Positions 1-11,370 of a stretch of DNA of 64,000 nucleotides are shown here, in pieces. How positions within the stretch are numbered: position 1 is the first letter of the stretch; every line of letters starts with the position of its first letter. Location of the stretch: NCBI RefSeq assembly GCF_001949145.1, contig NW_019091358.1:1488961-1552960 (forward strand), read 5' to 3'. Made by a program: the position numbers and the translations under genes. The notes under the pieces were generated by a model. That model had not been told where the DNA came from and made no database searches. It worked only from the letters and a program-made list of their open reading frames with translations. The stretch is from Acanthaster planci. Taxonomy: Eukaryota.

Positions 1-1045
1 CAAGAACAGCACAAAACAGCCAAACAACACGGTTAACAATGCACAGTTCATCTTGTGCTCAGTGGGGCCAGAGAAAGACCTAAATTTCTCAAAAAGTTGG
101 AAGTGATAGTAGGCCTTGGCCTACTCAAACATTTAATCCGTTTGGCACAAGCAGAAAGATCCTAAAAATACATGATAGTATTTTGGCCATTTTCTAGGCT
201 ACTTGCATCGTTGTAATTGTATGACTCTGCCAAAATTTTGGCACATGGATGTGTGGCCAATGACAACATAACAGAATGGGCCATGGTTGACAGCCCAGCA
301 GGCAATACAATAACCTTGGGCCAACTTCATAGGAAGTTCATAAATTTTTCAACTACTTTTTTTCTGTTGTCTTTTTGAAGTGATCTTGGAGAGGATGTCA
401 TAAGAAACATTTTGATATAAGTTTGGATTTCATCGAACTCTGTAAAGCAAAGAAATACTTATTTAAAACAGGAATATTTTGAGATAATGGAGTGCAAACT
501 GTGATTTTTGTACACAAAAATAAGAGTGGATTTTGACTGAAAAGCTGAAAATTCACATTTCCATAAAATGTTTGTTCTCATACATGCCTTATTTCAATGA
601 ATTAAATGCTGGCTTCGCTTCAAATCTCACAAATTTTGAAATTGGAAATTAAATAGAGGGGCTAAAGTGAGTGGAAAAAGACACATATTAATCACAATTT
701 TCTATTTAAGAAAATGAGTTTCCAAATAAACAGCACCTTTGCTCATTTATGCATGTCCCTACATAGAGCTACCTCAGCGCTTAAGGCATGCGATAGTGCA
801 TAAAGCAAGATTAGGCCTACCGGCCCAAACTCCATGCGATTGCCATGCTAACAACACAACTGCTAAACATCGGTCAAAATCAACATATATCACACACAGT
901 ATAGAGTACCAAAGTGAATACATCACGCGCACAATTGGTAAGGCATGAGCGTGTGAACCAGCGTGTGAACCAACAGGCGAACATACTCCATTCGTTTGCA
1001 CTGCACTTTCTGGTTCACAGTGACGTCACACTTCGGTAGCCCTAA

Positions 1046-1150
1046 CCTTATTTTATTAAGCTCAAGCAAGGTTTCTTACACTTAACACTATTAAACACTT
1101 AAGTTAACAGCAAATTTTCTGCTAAGCAGCTCTCTATGAAATTGGCCCCG
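1046..1150. mobile_element. MITE-like repeat end; a diverged copy lies at ~63640-63820
   Basis: Shared terminus CAGCTC(TC)(T/C)ATGAAATTGGCCCC at 1127-1148 and 63798-63818, with upstream AACCT..TAAGC similarity. Confidence 0.45.
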
Positions 1151-1724
1151 GCTGACCATACTCACAATGCTAAGCTGGAGTAACTCCTGTACTTATGACA
1201 CCTCAGAATGGTGATGGTACGATGCAAATGCTTGCCTAAACCCAAGCTTTCAAACATCTCCAATGAGTAAAACCTTGCTCCCTCGAGTAGTGCGTTCCTA
1301 CTTCGTTTTTCCTCAGTCCTCCAGTCATGCCAGTTCATTATTTTGTACATGTACCCTCCGCACTCGCGCTCCCATGTGCTGCTGCAACCTTTTACAGCGC
1401 CCTCACGAGATGATTTTGAAACAAGTCGTCTTTTTCGGATGTTAAGAGTTTTATATAACGTTGGCGGTTTTCTAAGAAAGGCGGCTTCATGTCCGTCTTA
1501 AGCTTCGTGTCTAAAATCGATCCCCGAATGTATTTCCATATTGTTCATATTAAATAGAAGCACTTCATTATTTTACTCTTTCGGGCACACAGTTGCATGT
1601 TACGATTGCACAGTCTAACGTTTCGAGCTGACAACGTCAAAGTTAGAGGTTGAAAAGCAGGCGAAACCTGTGACGGTGGTAAAGCCTTGGATCGGAAAAC
1701 TCTCCGTGCATTATAACTGACTTC

Positions 1725-1962
1725 GTGAGGGCCGGATCCAGGGACAATTTTTCGTGGGGGGATAAATTGTCCGGATCCAAAAGTTTGGAAAGTGTTCCAA
1801 GTAACCTTTAATGGCTTTTCTGGGAGAATGTATGATGGATTTTGTACATGCTTTGAAGAGAAATGAAATGAAATTGGCCCCCTTTTGGTGGTGGTGGGGA
1901 GTGGGGCTGGAGGTGGTGGTGGGGATATCGCTCGTTAATTGAGGCCCTGGATCCGCCCTCAC
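1725..1962. mobile_element. MITE with GGGCGGATCCAGGG terminal inverted repeats; related copies at ~43922 and 44484-44728
   Basis: GTGAGGGCCGGATCCAGGG ... CCCTGGATCCGCCCTCAC are near-perfect inverted termini. Confidence 0.6.
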
Positions 1963-2473
1963 CCCATGAACAAGCGAAGCAGGTGGCGTCTCCGTGAGCA
2001 TCACTGCACACCGGCTGACCGAAATCAATTTACTGATTTTCGGTATAATTATCAAGGAAGAAGGTGAATCCCGTCATTTTCAAAAGTTTGATTTAAGTTT
2101 TTTTTATCGATCGATCGATGTTCGTATCGATCCAAGTGCATGCTAGTCCAATAAGAATACGCTCGTAAAACCGAACGAAAAATATCTTTGGTGGTTTGGT
2201 CCATGGACTCAAGGTCAAGTGGGTGAGTCGACGGCCCAAGAAGCTGTCGCCAAGGAAGAGCAAGGCAGTGGGATAAACGCATGTGACGTCAGTAAGACTG
2301 CCCCACACACTCCCTCCTCCCCAAGGAAGTCGAAGCGTTCTTGTTGCAGTTGGAACACTGGGTGGTTCCTGTGTGCTCCAATGGCCTGGAACTCCCACAT
2401 TTCAGCCGTCGGCGGCGCTTTGTCGCGTCGTGCCGTCGCATCGTCCCGTCGTGCTGTCGCATTGTCGAATTGT

Positions 2474-3187
2474 TCAATTGTGCAGTGCAAGAGTACAGTC
2501 CACCAGGATGTCTTGTAGGTAGGTCCGTTGCCGTGTCTCGCGATGTATCTCAATGCCATCCACGTACATCGTGGTTGGTACTTCCTCCGTGATGGTTGCC
2601 ACCTTTGGCGCTCTTGGTCTTTTCAGCTCGAACCTTGCCCGAGACTTCGTCGTGGGGTTCCTCTTGCTGGTTTCACGTCTAGGTGGAGAAAATGTAGCTG
2701 CCCTTGCAGGCTCCTGCTGGTCCTTGCTCCTGTCCTCCTCCGGAGGGATGCTGCCCGTGATGCTCAGGGTATCTTTCTTCTCTGGTGATGCCCTCAACGG
2801 GAACAGGGGTCTCGTCTTCTGTGAAAACTTCTCCCAGGGTATCTGGATTCTCTTCTCGGGAGCGGGGCTATCCTTTTTCGGGCTCTGATGTTGTGGGGGA
2901 CTTGCCGTTTTCTCTACCACCAGCCTTCGTGCTTCTATCTCCGGTCGGTAGGCCTCCTGACGCTGCTGCTCATTCTGGATGCCGTCTATGTTGGACAGGT
3001 GGTTTATGTCATTTGCCTTGTAGTGGCGTCTTAGATTATTCCATCGTCGGTTTCGGTAGTCGCAGTGCTGGCATTGCAAGTACACTGCCGATCCATGACT
3101 CTTCTTGTGGCGTAGCAGGCCTCTTAGATGTTTAAACTTCTTTTGACATAGGGAGCACTGAAATTCTATTTTTGCTCCAACCTCCAT
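2474..3187 (-). CDS. Intronless ORF with two C2H2-type zinc fingers followed by a low-complexity basic/Pro-rich region (~237 aa from MEVG); origin unclear, possibly mobile-element derived
   Basis: FQCSLCQKKFKHLRGLLRHKKSH is a canonical C2H2 finger. LQCQHCDYRNRRWNNLRRHYKAND(INH) is a second, imperfect finger. The reading frame is open for more than 700 bp in a GC-richer block. Confidence 0.5.
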   Translation of the reverse strand: MEVGAKIEFQCSLCQKKFKHLRGLLRHKKSHGSAVYLQCQHCDYRNRRWNNLRRHYKANDINHLSNIDGIQNEQQRQEAYRPEIEARRLVVEKTASPPQHQSPKKDSPAPEKRIQIPWEKFSQKTRPLFPLRASPEKKDTLSITGSIPPEEDRSKDQQEPARAATFSPPRRETSKRNPTTKSRARFELKRPRAPKVATITEEVPTTMYVDGIEIHRETRQRTYLQDILVDCTLALHN

Positions 3188-3986
3188 CTTGTTTTCTCTG
3201 TTGTTTCCGCTTATATCTATGTGATCTTTACGGAGACTTCTGTAAAGTAACAGAGGGAGCAACTGGTTAATCATTACTTTAAGCAACCATTGATTATTTA
3301 TGAAATCAATGTGAGTACATAATTACTATCGATATCTTATCGGTAATTTATGCTCCCGTTTGGGATATCTTCTAGGCCTTAACTTTACATATTAAGAATC
3401 GTTGAAAATATAAAATAAACTTAGAGTTAATACTTCAAATTATATATGCATATACTCTCCGTTAAATAATTTCCAACACATGAAGGTTTTGTCTGGTTTG
3501 TTTACACCCTAAGCGTAGAATTTGACACCCTTGTGTACTCTTGTGTCATTTGCTCGAAAAAGAACCTGTCCAGCCTGGGTACGTTTGAATTATGCACCCC
3601 ATAATCAGATTATGGGATATGATATGATTATCCTGGACAAATCTCTTTGGCCCCCGCTACCCAAAGGCCCCCTGTCAATGTTGGTGTCGGTGCGCGGTCT
3701 GCGCGCCGACTTGACATATTGACCTCATTTACAGGGGGAGTGGGGGACTTGGGGAGCGTACAGCTATTGCAAGTGTCCCAACAATTTTGGCTAGGACTGT
3801 AGTCCCGTCCCTATATCTCCAGACATCTTACAGACGTTCTCTGAATGTAGGGACTGGTAACGGGTAATGATTCCCGAGGAATTCTGCCGGTTTTATATTA
3901 ATGAGAAATTAGCATAAAGCAATTCCCACAATGCAACATTGTCCCACGACAGAGTTTCTGGATGCATGATGGATATTATGTCAAAC

Positions 3987-4086
3987 CAGTGGTGTGTCCA
4001 GCGGGAGAAGACGGGGGAGGGGGCAACTTGTCCCCTGGCGGATTTTGTTATTTTTATTTTTCTTGCAAAAGCTGGATAAGCCACTG
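3987..4086. mobile_element. 100-bp hAT-type MITE
   Basis: Termini CAGTGGTGTGTCCAGC / GCTGGATAAGCCACTG flanked by a perfect 8-bp target-site duplication TGTCAAAC (3979-3986 and 4087-4094). Confidence 0.8.
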
Positions 4087-5934
4087 TGTCAAACAGATTG
4101 ATGTGCTACGTAACACTGTACGGCATTGAAGAATCGGGAAAAATAGAAGCAACAAATGAAACGTCCCAAGCTTTCGGTGCGAAGCACCTTCATCATTGGA
4201 ATTACGGCTTGCTTTGATGAACCGCAGGTGGAGCAAACGCGGTGAAAGAGCGTTTGTGGAGAAACCGCGTTTACAAACGGCTCGCGATCGGTCAGGGTTG
4301 CCCCGTGTAAGCCAAAAGAATCTATCATTGTTTCGTATGCAAATCCCCCCCCCCCGCTGACCGAACTGGATATGTCAGGTAGCGTATTTCTAGTCCATTG
4401 TCCGAGTCCCCGCCGTCTTACAAGTCACAGTGCAGGTCAGGGTTGCCCCAAAGAATAGCCAAAAGGACAGCACCGTTTTATTTTGTATGCAAATAGCAAC
4501 CACTGGCCGAATACATCACTGTACTAGAGTGCAGTTGAATCATATCAAGTAAACAAACGCCAGCACACTGTGCAGTGAAATCTACCTTTCCAGTTTGGAC
4601 ATCATTCATAAGGTGAGTACTGTGTGCATTGAATAGTCCCACCAAAACTAAGTTTTCATCCCTGCTCGTCGGCGAAACCATAGGCATCAAGATTATTTGG
4701 GTCTTGTTTTGTTCCTGTGATATGTCTCGTAGCTGTTACTGTAGCCCCCAGTATCTGAAGCTAGCGACGAGGCAACCATCGTGATCCTGACTTATTCACG
4801 TTCTGAGAGTTTTTGCGTGTCATTGCGCTGTAAGGCTCTTAATTAAATATGTATTTGTGTGGCTCTGGACTTTGGAATATTTACCATCAGGTATTTTGCT
4901 CTTTCTTTATCATACATGGTCCGCACGGTCTCACACCTTCACTCAAAAAGTTGGCGACAAATTTGGGCTAAATATCTCTTACCAGGTATTGGGTCATATT
5001 CAGCCAACAATGAGTAACTCTTTATTGTCCACATCTGAAGATAAGGATATGTAGAAACCATAAATTAATGGGAAAGTCTACCAAGATCAGGTAAATTATC
5101 GTTGTCCCTAGTTGATAATGTCCAAGACGTTGGTAGTTTACATTTTGGGCTTCATGATAAATCGGACATTTAAATGAAGATTTTGATCGGGATGGCGGAC
5201 AACTCAACCGTTTACCAACTCGACCGTTGAGACAAATCCACAGGTGGGGCAAGTCGACCGTTCAGCAAGTCGTCCGTTAAGAAAAGGACGACGTGCTTAA
5301 TTAACGTGCAAGGCGTAAACATAACGGAGTGCGTGGCAATTAACACGAATTGCAGATCAATGTCTGGTAGGGCGTTCCACATGTGCCATCGCTGTCGCAT
5401 TTTGGATTCGCCGTGGCAAATTGACGGTATTTGAGCACACTTCTCAAGGAAACTCCATATTATCACTTTTTCATCTAACATGTACAGGCCAATTTTTCTT
5501 TCTTGACAAATAAATCGGGGCAAGACGCGGGGAAGAAAAAAGAAAAAAAGACAAAGAAACCAACAATAACAAAATGCGACTGCGATGGCACATACGGAAC
5601 GCCACATTTTGGACAGATTTGAGTGTGGACATAACATGCACAGGGACCCAGTGACACATAATTCGTACGGACTGCACTGGTGAGTGGCGCGTCGGCCGCC
5701 CAAACTATATGCGCTCTGGCGCGGCGCACCCTCCGCGATACACAAACGCTGCGCTGGTCCGGGAGACGTTAGACTTGAATCAAGTCGGACTTACGTTGCT
5801 CTTCCCTAGTCAGCCATCCCTTCAGCTGGTACACACGACACGGTCATCGCGCTCAGCCTAGCAGCTCGCATAACCCTTTTAAGGTGCCTTATTTGATATC
5901 CATTTTTGTACAACGTGTGTCAGTAAGTCCAACT

Positions 5935-6218
5935 TGATGGAGAAGCCAATCGGACCCCCCGTCGGTGATATGTACTTATTCATACTTGCACAATGATCGA
6001 CATGAACTTGCATAATGTATACAGAATTTCCACAGATCAAAGTAGTCAGACTAGTAGACTCGTTCATTACAATGAAACAAGTCCGACAATGTGATTGGCT
6101 GCAACCACTTTTGGTAGGTGAGCCCATTCAGTGTGTACAAACGGTTGGCAGATTCGTCAAGTAGAGAACTGAACTCAGTAATAAGTGGACACAAGAGGGC
6201 GCGAGGCAAGCAACCAAC
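5935..6218 (+). repeat. Dispersed repeat; second copy at ~48640-48990
   Basis: Colinear similarity, e.g. GACCCCCCGTCGGT.ATATGTA.TTATTCATA, TTGCATAATGTATAC, GTAGACTCGTTCATTA, GTGTACAAACGG.TGGCAGATT, AGTGGACACAAGAGG.CGCGA. Confidence 0.75.
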
Positions 6219-7502
6219 TATAGAATTCCATATCGTCCGTCGTGCGTCGCCCGCCGTGCGTCGCCCGTCGTCCGTGGTTTTTTTGTCACGATTGCGCAGT
6301 GGTATTTTTAACTTTCACCCTTGATCGTTTCGCATGTACATGTCCTTGTTCGATCGATCCACCATGCTGACTCTCATTTTAGCAATAGATTTAGAAGATG
6401 TATTCGTTTTTGCAGTTGCGCCGAACTCTACTTGAACGAAGAAATAATATCCTGATATCGGTTAAGTGACGTGTATTTAAAACAATACCATTTTTTGTTA
6501 CATAAATAGATTAACAAAATAGACTTTTGTTAGGGTAGATTGTTTTTCTCGTTAACTTAGTTACTCTTGACGTAACTTTACTCGTTAACGGCCTGGCTTT
6601 AGGTCTACAGCCTATGTAATATTTCTGTCTCTCCCTGCCCGATATCCCACAGAACGGAATGTAAATTATAAATTATTTACAATGTTTGATTCCTTAGTAG
6701 TTTTCATAAGAGACGAACTGATTCAACATTATTTCGAGGGCGGGTATACCTGAATACTCCAAATTAGACATGACCTGATTTGCAGGTAGGCCCACGGAAG
6801 TCTTTTAAACAGTAACGTTACTAGTTAGACCCATAAATAATGCTGATGTGCTGGACAACCTGTTCTAATTGGTCTATCCACCATGGCATACACACCCACA
6901 AAAACCAACACGTCACATTTTCTGAAACTTAAACCAAGTGGTAATTGCCCCCTAACAATACATTTAATAAACAGTTTGTTATCCTCAGCACTGTCTAGTA
7001 TTTCTGTATTTCGAGGTGAAATTGAGGGAACAAAATGGAACATCTGTATCGGTTGGCAGATTTGTTTCTAGAATTTGATGAAAACAAGTTGGCACATTTT
7101 TACAGTATGCAAATTAGAATTAGACTGTGGATAAGTTGGCCTGAACATTTTTGCAGAAAATGTTTTCCCCTAAAAAACACAATGGTTGAATTCTCAGAAA
7201 GGCGACATTTTCTTGTCAAGTGGCAGGTGTAGTCTAGCATTATTGGCATTAATTATGGGACTAGTATTGCAGGTGGGATTTGTACTTGCCTTATTGGAAA
7301 AAGATCCTTAGAAGTGAATGGAATCATCACACTGTCATTTGTTAAACCCCAGCTTTTGCAGGTCCTATGCAACCCATTAGATGGGCGATGCACGACGGAC
7401 GACGGGCGACGGAAAATGGCATGTTTGGAACTGGTAAATGGTAGAATTGGGACACAACAAAAAGCAAAAGGCGACGGGCGACGGCAGATATGGAATTCCA
7501 TA
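6219..7502. mobile_element. TIR element nested in an older repeat
   Basis: TIR TAT(A/G)GAATTCCATATC with subterminal CGTCGCC arrays at both ends and flanking direct repeat ACCAAC. It interrupts a repeat whose uninterrupted copy is at 48640-48990. Confidence 0.7.
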
Positions 7503-7983
7503 ACCAACAGCGCGTGGTCTCGCTATTTTATCCAAAGCAGTACAGAGTACTTTATTCAAGTCAATTGGCAGAACAGGTGAGGGTGAATGACTTAGAAGCG
7601 CACGTGCACTCATTACCAATCGATTTCTCTACATCGATGACTTGTCCCAAAGGTTGAGTTGTCTGTTGATTTGAGGCAAATACAGTCGAGTTGTTCCACC
7701 GGTCGAGTTGTATCAACAGTCGAGTCGTCTGAGCCCGGCTTGAAAGCCATGCAAACTATGCCTTTCTGAACCTTTCATATCTTCATTGAAAACTGAATTA
7801 TTTCAACGTATTTTGTCTAGTGTTTACTTAATTCTTGATTTAACTTCTCTGTATTTATTTGTAATTTCAATCACTCGAGTTTTAAAATTATAATGTACTG
7901 TAATCATTTTTCCTTTATTGTAATTTACCTAACTGTAAGGAGCATTGAGATGGCTTGACAATAATGTGAGGTGTTTTAAGTAT

Positions 7984-8607
7984 TGTAACGAAACATTGGA
8001 TGAGACTGCGTACCAGTCTGGCACTGGTACTCGGCTTGGTGGTTCCACACCGCATGGGTCTTTGCGCGCAGCCGCGGCAGTATAAAAGCTTCGTCGCAGC
8101 GCACGTTCGCCCTCTTGCTCTTCCCCCCACTTCGCAGTAAGAAGATAGAGCGAAACACGCGTAGTTACGGATCGGTATACGTGCAGCTGCGCGGCTAAGT
8201 GCAACCTTCGGCGCTGATTCCAGGGTTTGGGCGGCAGCTACGGAAGCCTAGCAAGCGGGCTTGTTCATTATCGGAGAGAGTGGTCTCGGCGGGAGTCAGC
8301 CATCTAGCCAGGAGCTTTAGAATAAAGGCCAGTAGCCGGGGGCACATTTATCTGATTTCTTATAAGTTGACGCCTCCCTAAGATCAAGAGTCACCTGTAA
8401 AGGCCGAGAAGAGAATAAACCGGTAGGAATTACAACAGTAATTAAGCCTAGAGAGTGAGTGTTGGTGTGAGTGTTATCTGCCCTGCTGCGGTGCCTGGGG
8501 GTATATTTCTCCCAAAAGGAGTTGTGTCCCGGGTCTTCCCGATAACCGCTCGCCGGTAGGGCCTAATCCCGAGCGTATGTCTGGCGGTTGTGAGAGTGTG
8601 AGCTACA
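7984..8607 (+). mobile_element. Solo LTR of an LTR retrotransposon (Gypsy-like, 4-bp TSD)
   Basis: Begins TGTA and ends TACA; flanked by GTAT direct repeats (7980-7983, 8608-8611). Internal TATAAAA at ~8081 and AATAAA at ~8321 and ~8414. GC-richer than the flanks. Confidence 0.75.
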
Positions 8608-10399
8608 GTATTATTATTACCAGCTTGGAAAGAGATTTACAATGTAGACATGACTGAATCAGATTTAAACCTATAAATACTTATGAACGTTTAAAATATC
8701 AACCTTTCCCTCTGTAGGTACCCATGTTACCACAGCTCGTCACTCGGTCTCCTTCAGAAATTTTGAAACACCAGCAAATGGTTACAAATGATTAACAAAT
8801 CCAAATAATGAGCATTTATGTTTGCCCAACTACGGGGGAAAGTCCGGTTAGTTAGTAAAAGGCCATCTATAAAGGCAGTTGATATTCTCGATATCGACTG
8901 ATCCAACTTGACGCCATAACTGCAGTTGCACCGCAATGACATTCCTCGGCTTGACACACGTGTGCATCTGGCAAATCACGACACACTATTGGTCGAAGAG
9001 GCATGTAACGCGCGCGTACCCCCCGTCGACGAGCCACCGCATATTAAATGGCTGCTAGTTCTGGTTGTCAGTTATGAGGGCCTCGATTTTTAAGAATGTT
9101 TTTTGCGTGGGGAGTGTTACTAGGGTTGTGTTTGCTATTACTTTTCACTATGTTTGAAACTTAAGGCAAATTTCAACAAAATTGTCAATTGCTCAATTTG
9201 TCTGTTCAATATTTACGTAGCCCATAGAGATCATAGATCTACTTATGATCTCTGTGATCTCTCTTATGTAGCCCTAGCTCAGCAAAATGAATAGCGCCCT
9301 CATGTGTTGACACTGTTGCAGTCGTAAGTGTGCTCAGGAAAATCATGAAGGCAGTCATGTTCTCAAGACTGTGTAGAGTTTTTGAAGCAATCTAAATTCT
9401 TCGCAGGACAAAACAATTGTTTCAGCAATTTTTGGACACTGTTTGCTCCCAGGTAAGCCTTACATATATCAGGGGTATAAAGCAGATTACTTTGGTGGAT
9501 TTTATTGTTTGATTAAATGTCAAAATTCGCGCATGTTAATATTAGCACTGCTACCTTCCTCGTCGCGTATTTTCTTGTTCACAATGCGTACTGACGTAAT
9601 TTGAACGTTCGAAGATTCGAATGTCACTTGCCCTTCGTTGGCGGTAAAGATGTAGAAAATCAAGGCATTTCCGGTGAGCATTTAAATTAGCTTATGAATA
9701 CACGAGTATTTTTTTCAAATCTCAGCAAAATACAATTACTCAGTGATTTCAATGACCCAGACAATAGCAAAACTTCCCAATGAATTCGAACTTCACGAAT
9801 GTACATCGTCTGCAGACGGTCACTTTGAGGTGATTTTTTTTTCTCAGCAACAGAGGGCGGGAAAAATACAGAGCATCAGAAGGGGCCTTGCACTTTATCA
9901 TTATTTACACATAAGAGAAATAACAAAAAAAATGATATGTATAGTATTCTTAATATTTCGGGGGAATATTTACAAAATTATCCTAATATATTTCTAAAAT
10001 TTCTGGCCAATTTCAGTTGCCACGTTAGCGCAATCTGTTCAAATTTTACATGTGGTCTAAGTACAGGTATTTTATAGCAAGCTGTAACCCAAAGGCCCTA
10101 GGCCTACATTACACTATGGTCAGTAGTTCGCGGGATAAAAAGGCCATTAACGCATTGCCGTGTTTATCTTGCTGTAGTTTGCTTTTAGAAGCAGATGTAA
10201 AATATTTTTGTAGATGTTTAAGTTTTGTTGAATGCAAAAACTAATATTTTTTCATGTAATTTTACAAAACGTAAAATTATTCGTACAAACAAGACTAATA
10301 AAGAAAAGACACGGGGACCCTTTGGTTTGCTGACACGAGTGTAAATCATGTTTTAATCGGCGGAACATGTGCACCGGTCTTCTACAACCAAGGGCTGAG

Positions 10400-10905
10400 G
10401 TGTAGAGGTGCTACTCTCCCACTGCGATGATCAAAGCATATTGGGGAGTTCTCAGTGAGCAAAAATTCATCCAAAGAACAGCTCGAAAATTTGGAATTCC
10501 CGAAGCAACACTTAGGGATCGTGTGAGACGGAGAATTAGGAATTGGGAAATCGAGAGAAGAGAGACTGGGACAAAGGAAGAAAGCTGTGTAAAAAAAATG
10601 TATGAGCTACGTTGTGTCAGGGAAAGTCATAACAGAAGACACAACCAAAGAAAAGATAAGAGAATATAGGCATTCAGTATCTACCCCCCAAAAAAGAAGA
10701 CGGCACGAAAAAGAGTAGAATCCGAGAAGGCAGAGACAAGTCAGAAGCAGTCCACTCCTGCCCAATTAAATTCTTCCCAGTCCAGAACAAGTGGAATGCA
10801 GACATTCCACTGCATGCTGTCCGATCGTCAAGAAAGGCAGTGAGTGACAACGAAGATGAAATTGAGGAGTCGGTGAAATGCTGCGTTTGTCATCGCCCTC
10901 ATAAA
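10400..10905 (+). pseudogene. Internally deleted pogo/Tigger-like transposase relic (psq-type HTH plus start of a Cys-rich/PHD-like tail)
   Basis: AMIKAYWGVLSEQKFIQRTARKFGIPEATLRDRV is a pipsqueak HTH pattern. Downstream lies an acidic stretch and Cys motif, SDNEDEIEESVKCCVCHRP. No DDE core is visible between them. Confidence 0.6.
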
Positions 10906-10909
10906 AAGT

Positions 10910-11370
10910 ACTGGAAAAAACCATGGTAGGACCACAGTATAATCCGTGGTAAATTGCCTGGGGTAAATCCATTATGGTATTGGTACCATTGTATTACCAT
11001 GGTGAAGTATCATGGTGTTACGAATGTACTGTTATTGCAATACCGTGGTTAGGCTGTTGCATGAAAGTGATCTGGTACGTACCGCGGTATTACCATGGTA
11101 TATAGTAGTACAGTGGTATAACCATGGTTCAGTACCATGGTACTGTACCACGGTAGTATCGTGGTTCAGTGCGATAGAAGGCCTACTGTACTACAGTACT
11201 ACCACAGCTCAGCATCATGATATTGTACCATGGGATTACCATGGTTCACTTAGCAACAGTACTGTGCCACTACAGGTTGTCATATCATTGCACAGTGGTA
11301 TTACCATGACACAGTTTAATGGTATTCCCTTGGTTTCGTGAAACCATACTCTGCACCACACTCCATCATT
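10910..11370. repeat. Degenerate minisatellite-like array of TACCATGGTA/TACCACGGTA palindromic units
   Basis: Repeated ACCATGGT, TACCACGGTA and TACCGTGGT motifs over ~450 bp. Confidence 0.6.

Larger units (their letters stand above)
5189..7736. mobile_element. Foldback-like non-autonomous DNA transposon with tandem (GACAACTCGACCG)n inverted ends, carrying nested insertions
   Basis: Left end GGGATGGCGGACAACTCAACCGTTTACCAACTCGACCG..., right end arrays of (C)GGTCGAGTTGT. The same termini occur in the 24425-25410 copy. Confidence 0.55.

Noticed and set aside
5212..5745. 177-aa Cys-rich ORF
   Set aside because: Lies within a repeat element, has a non-ATG start, and its composition is driven by low-complexity sequence.
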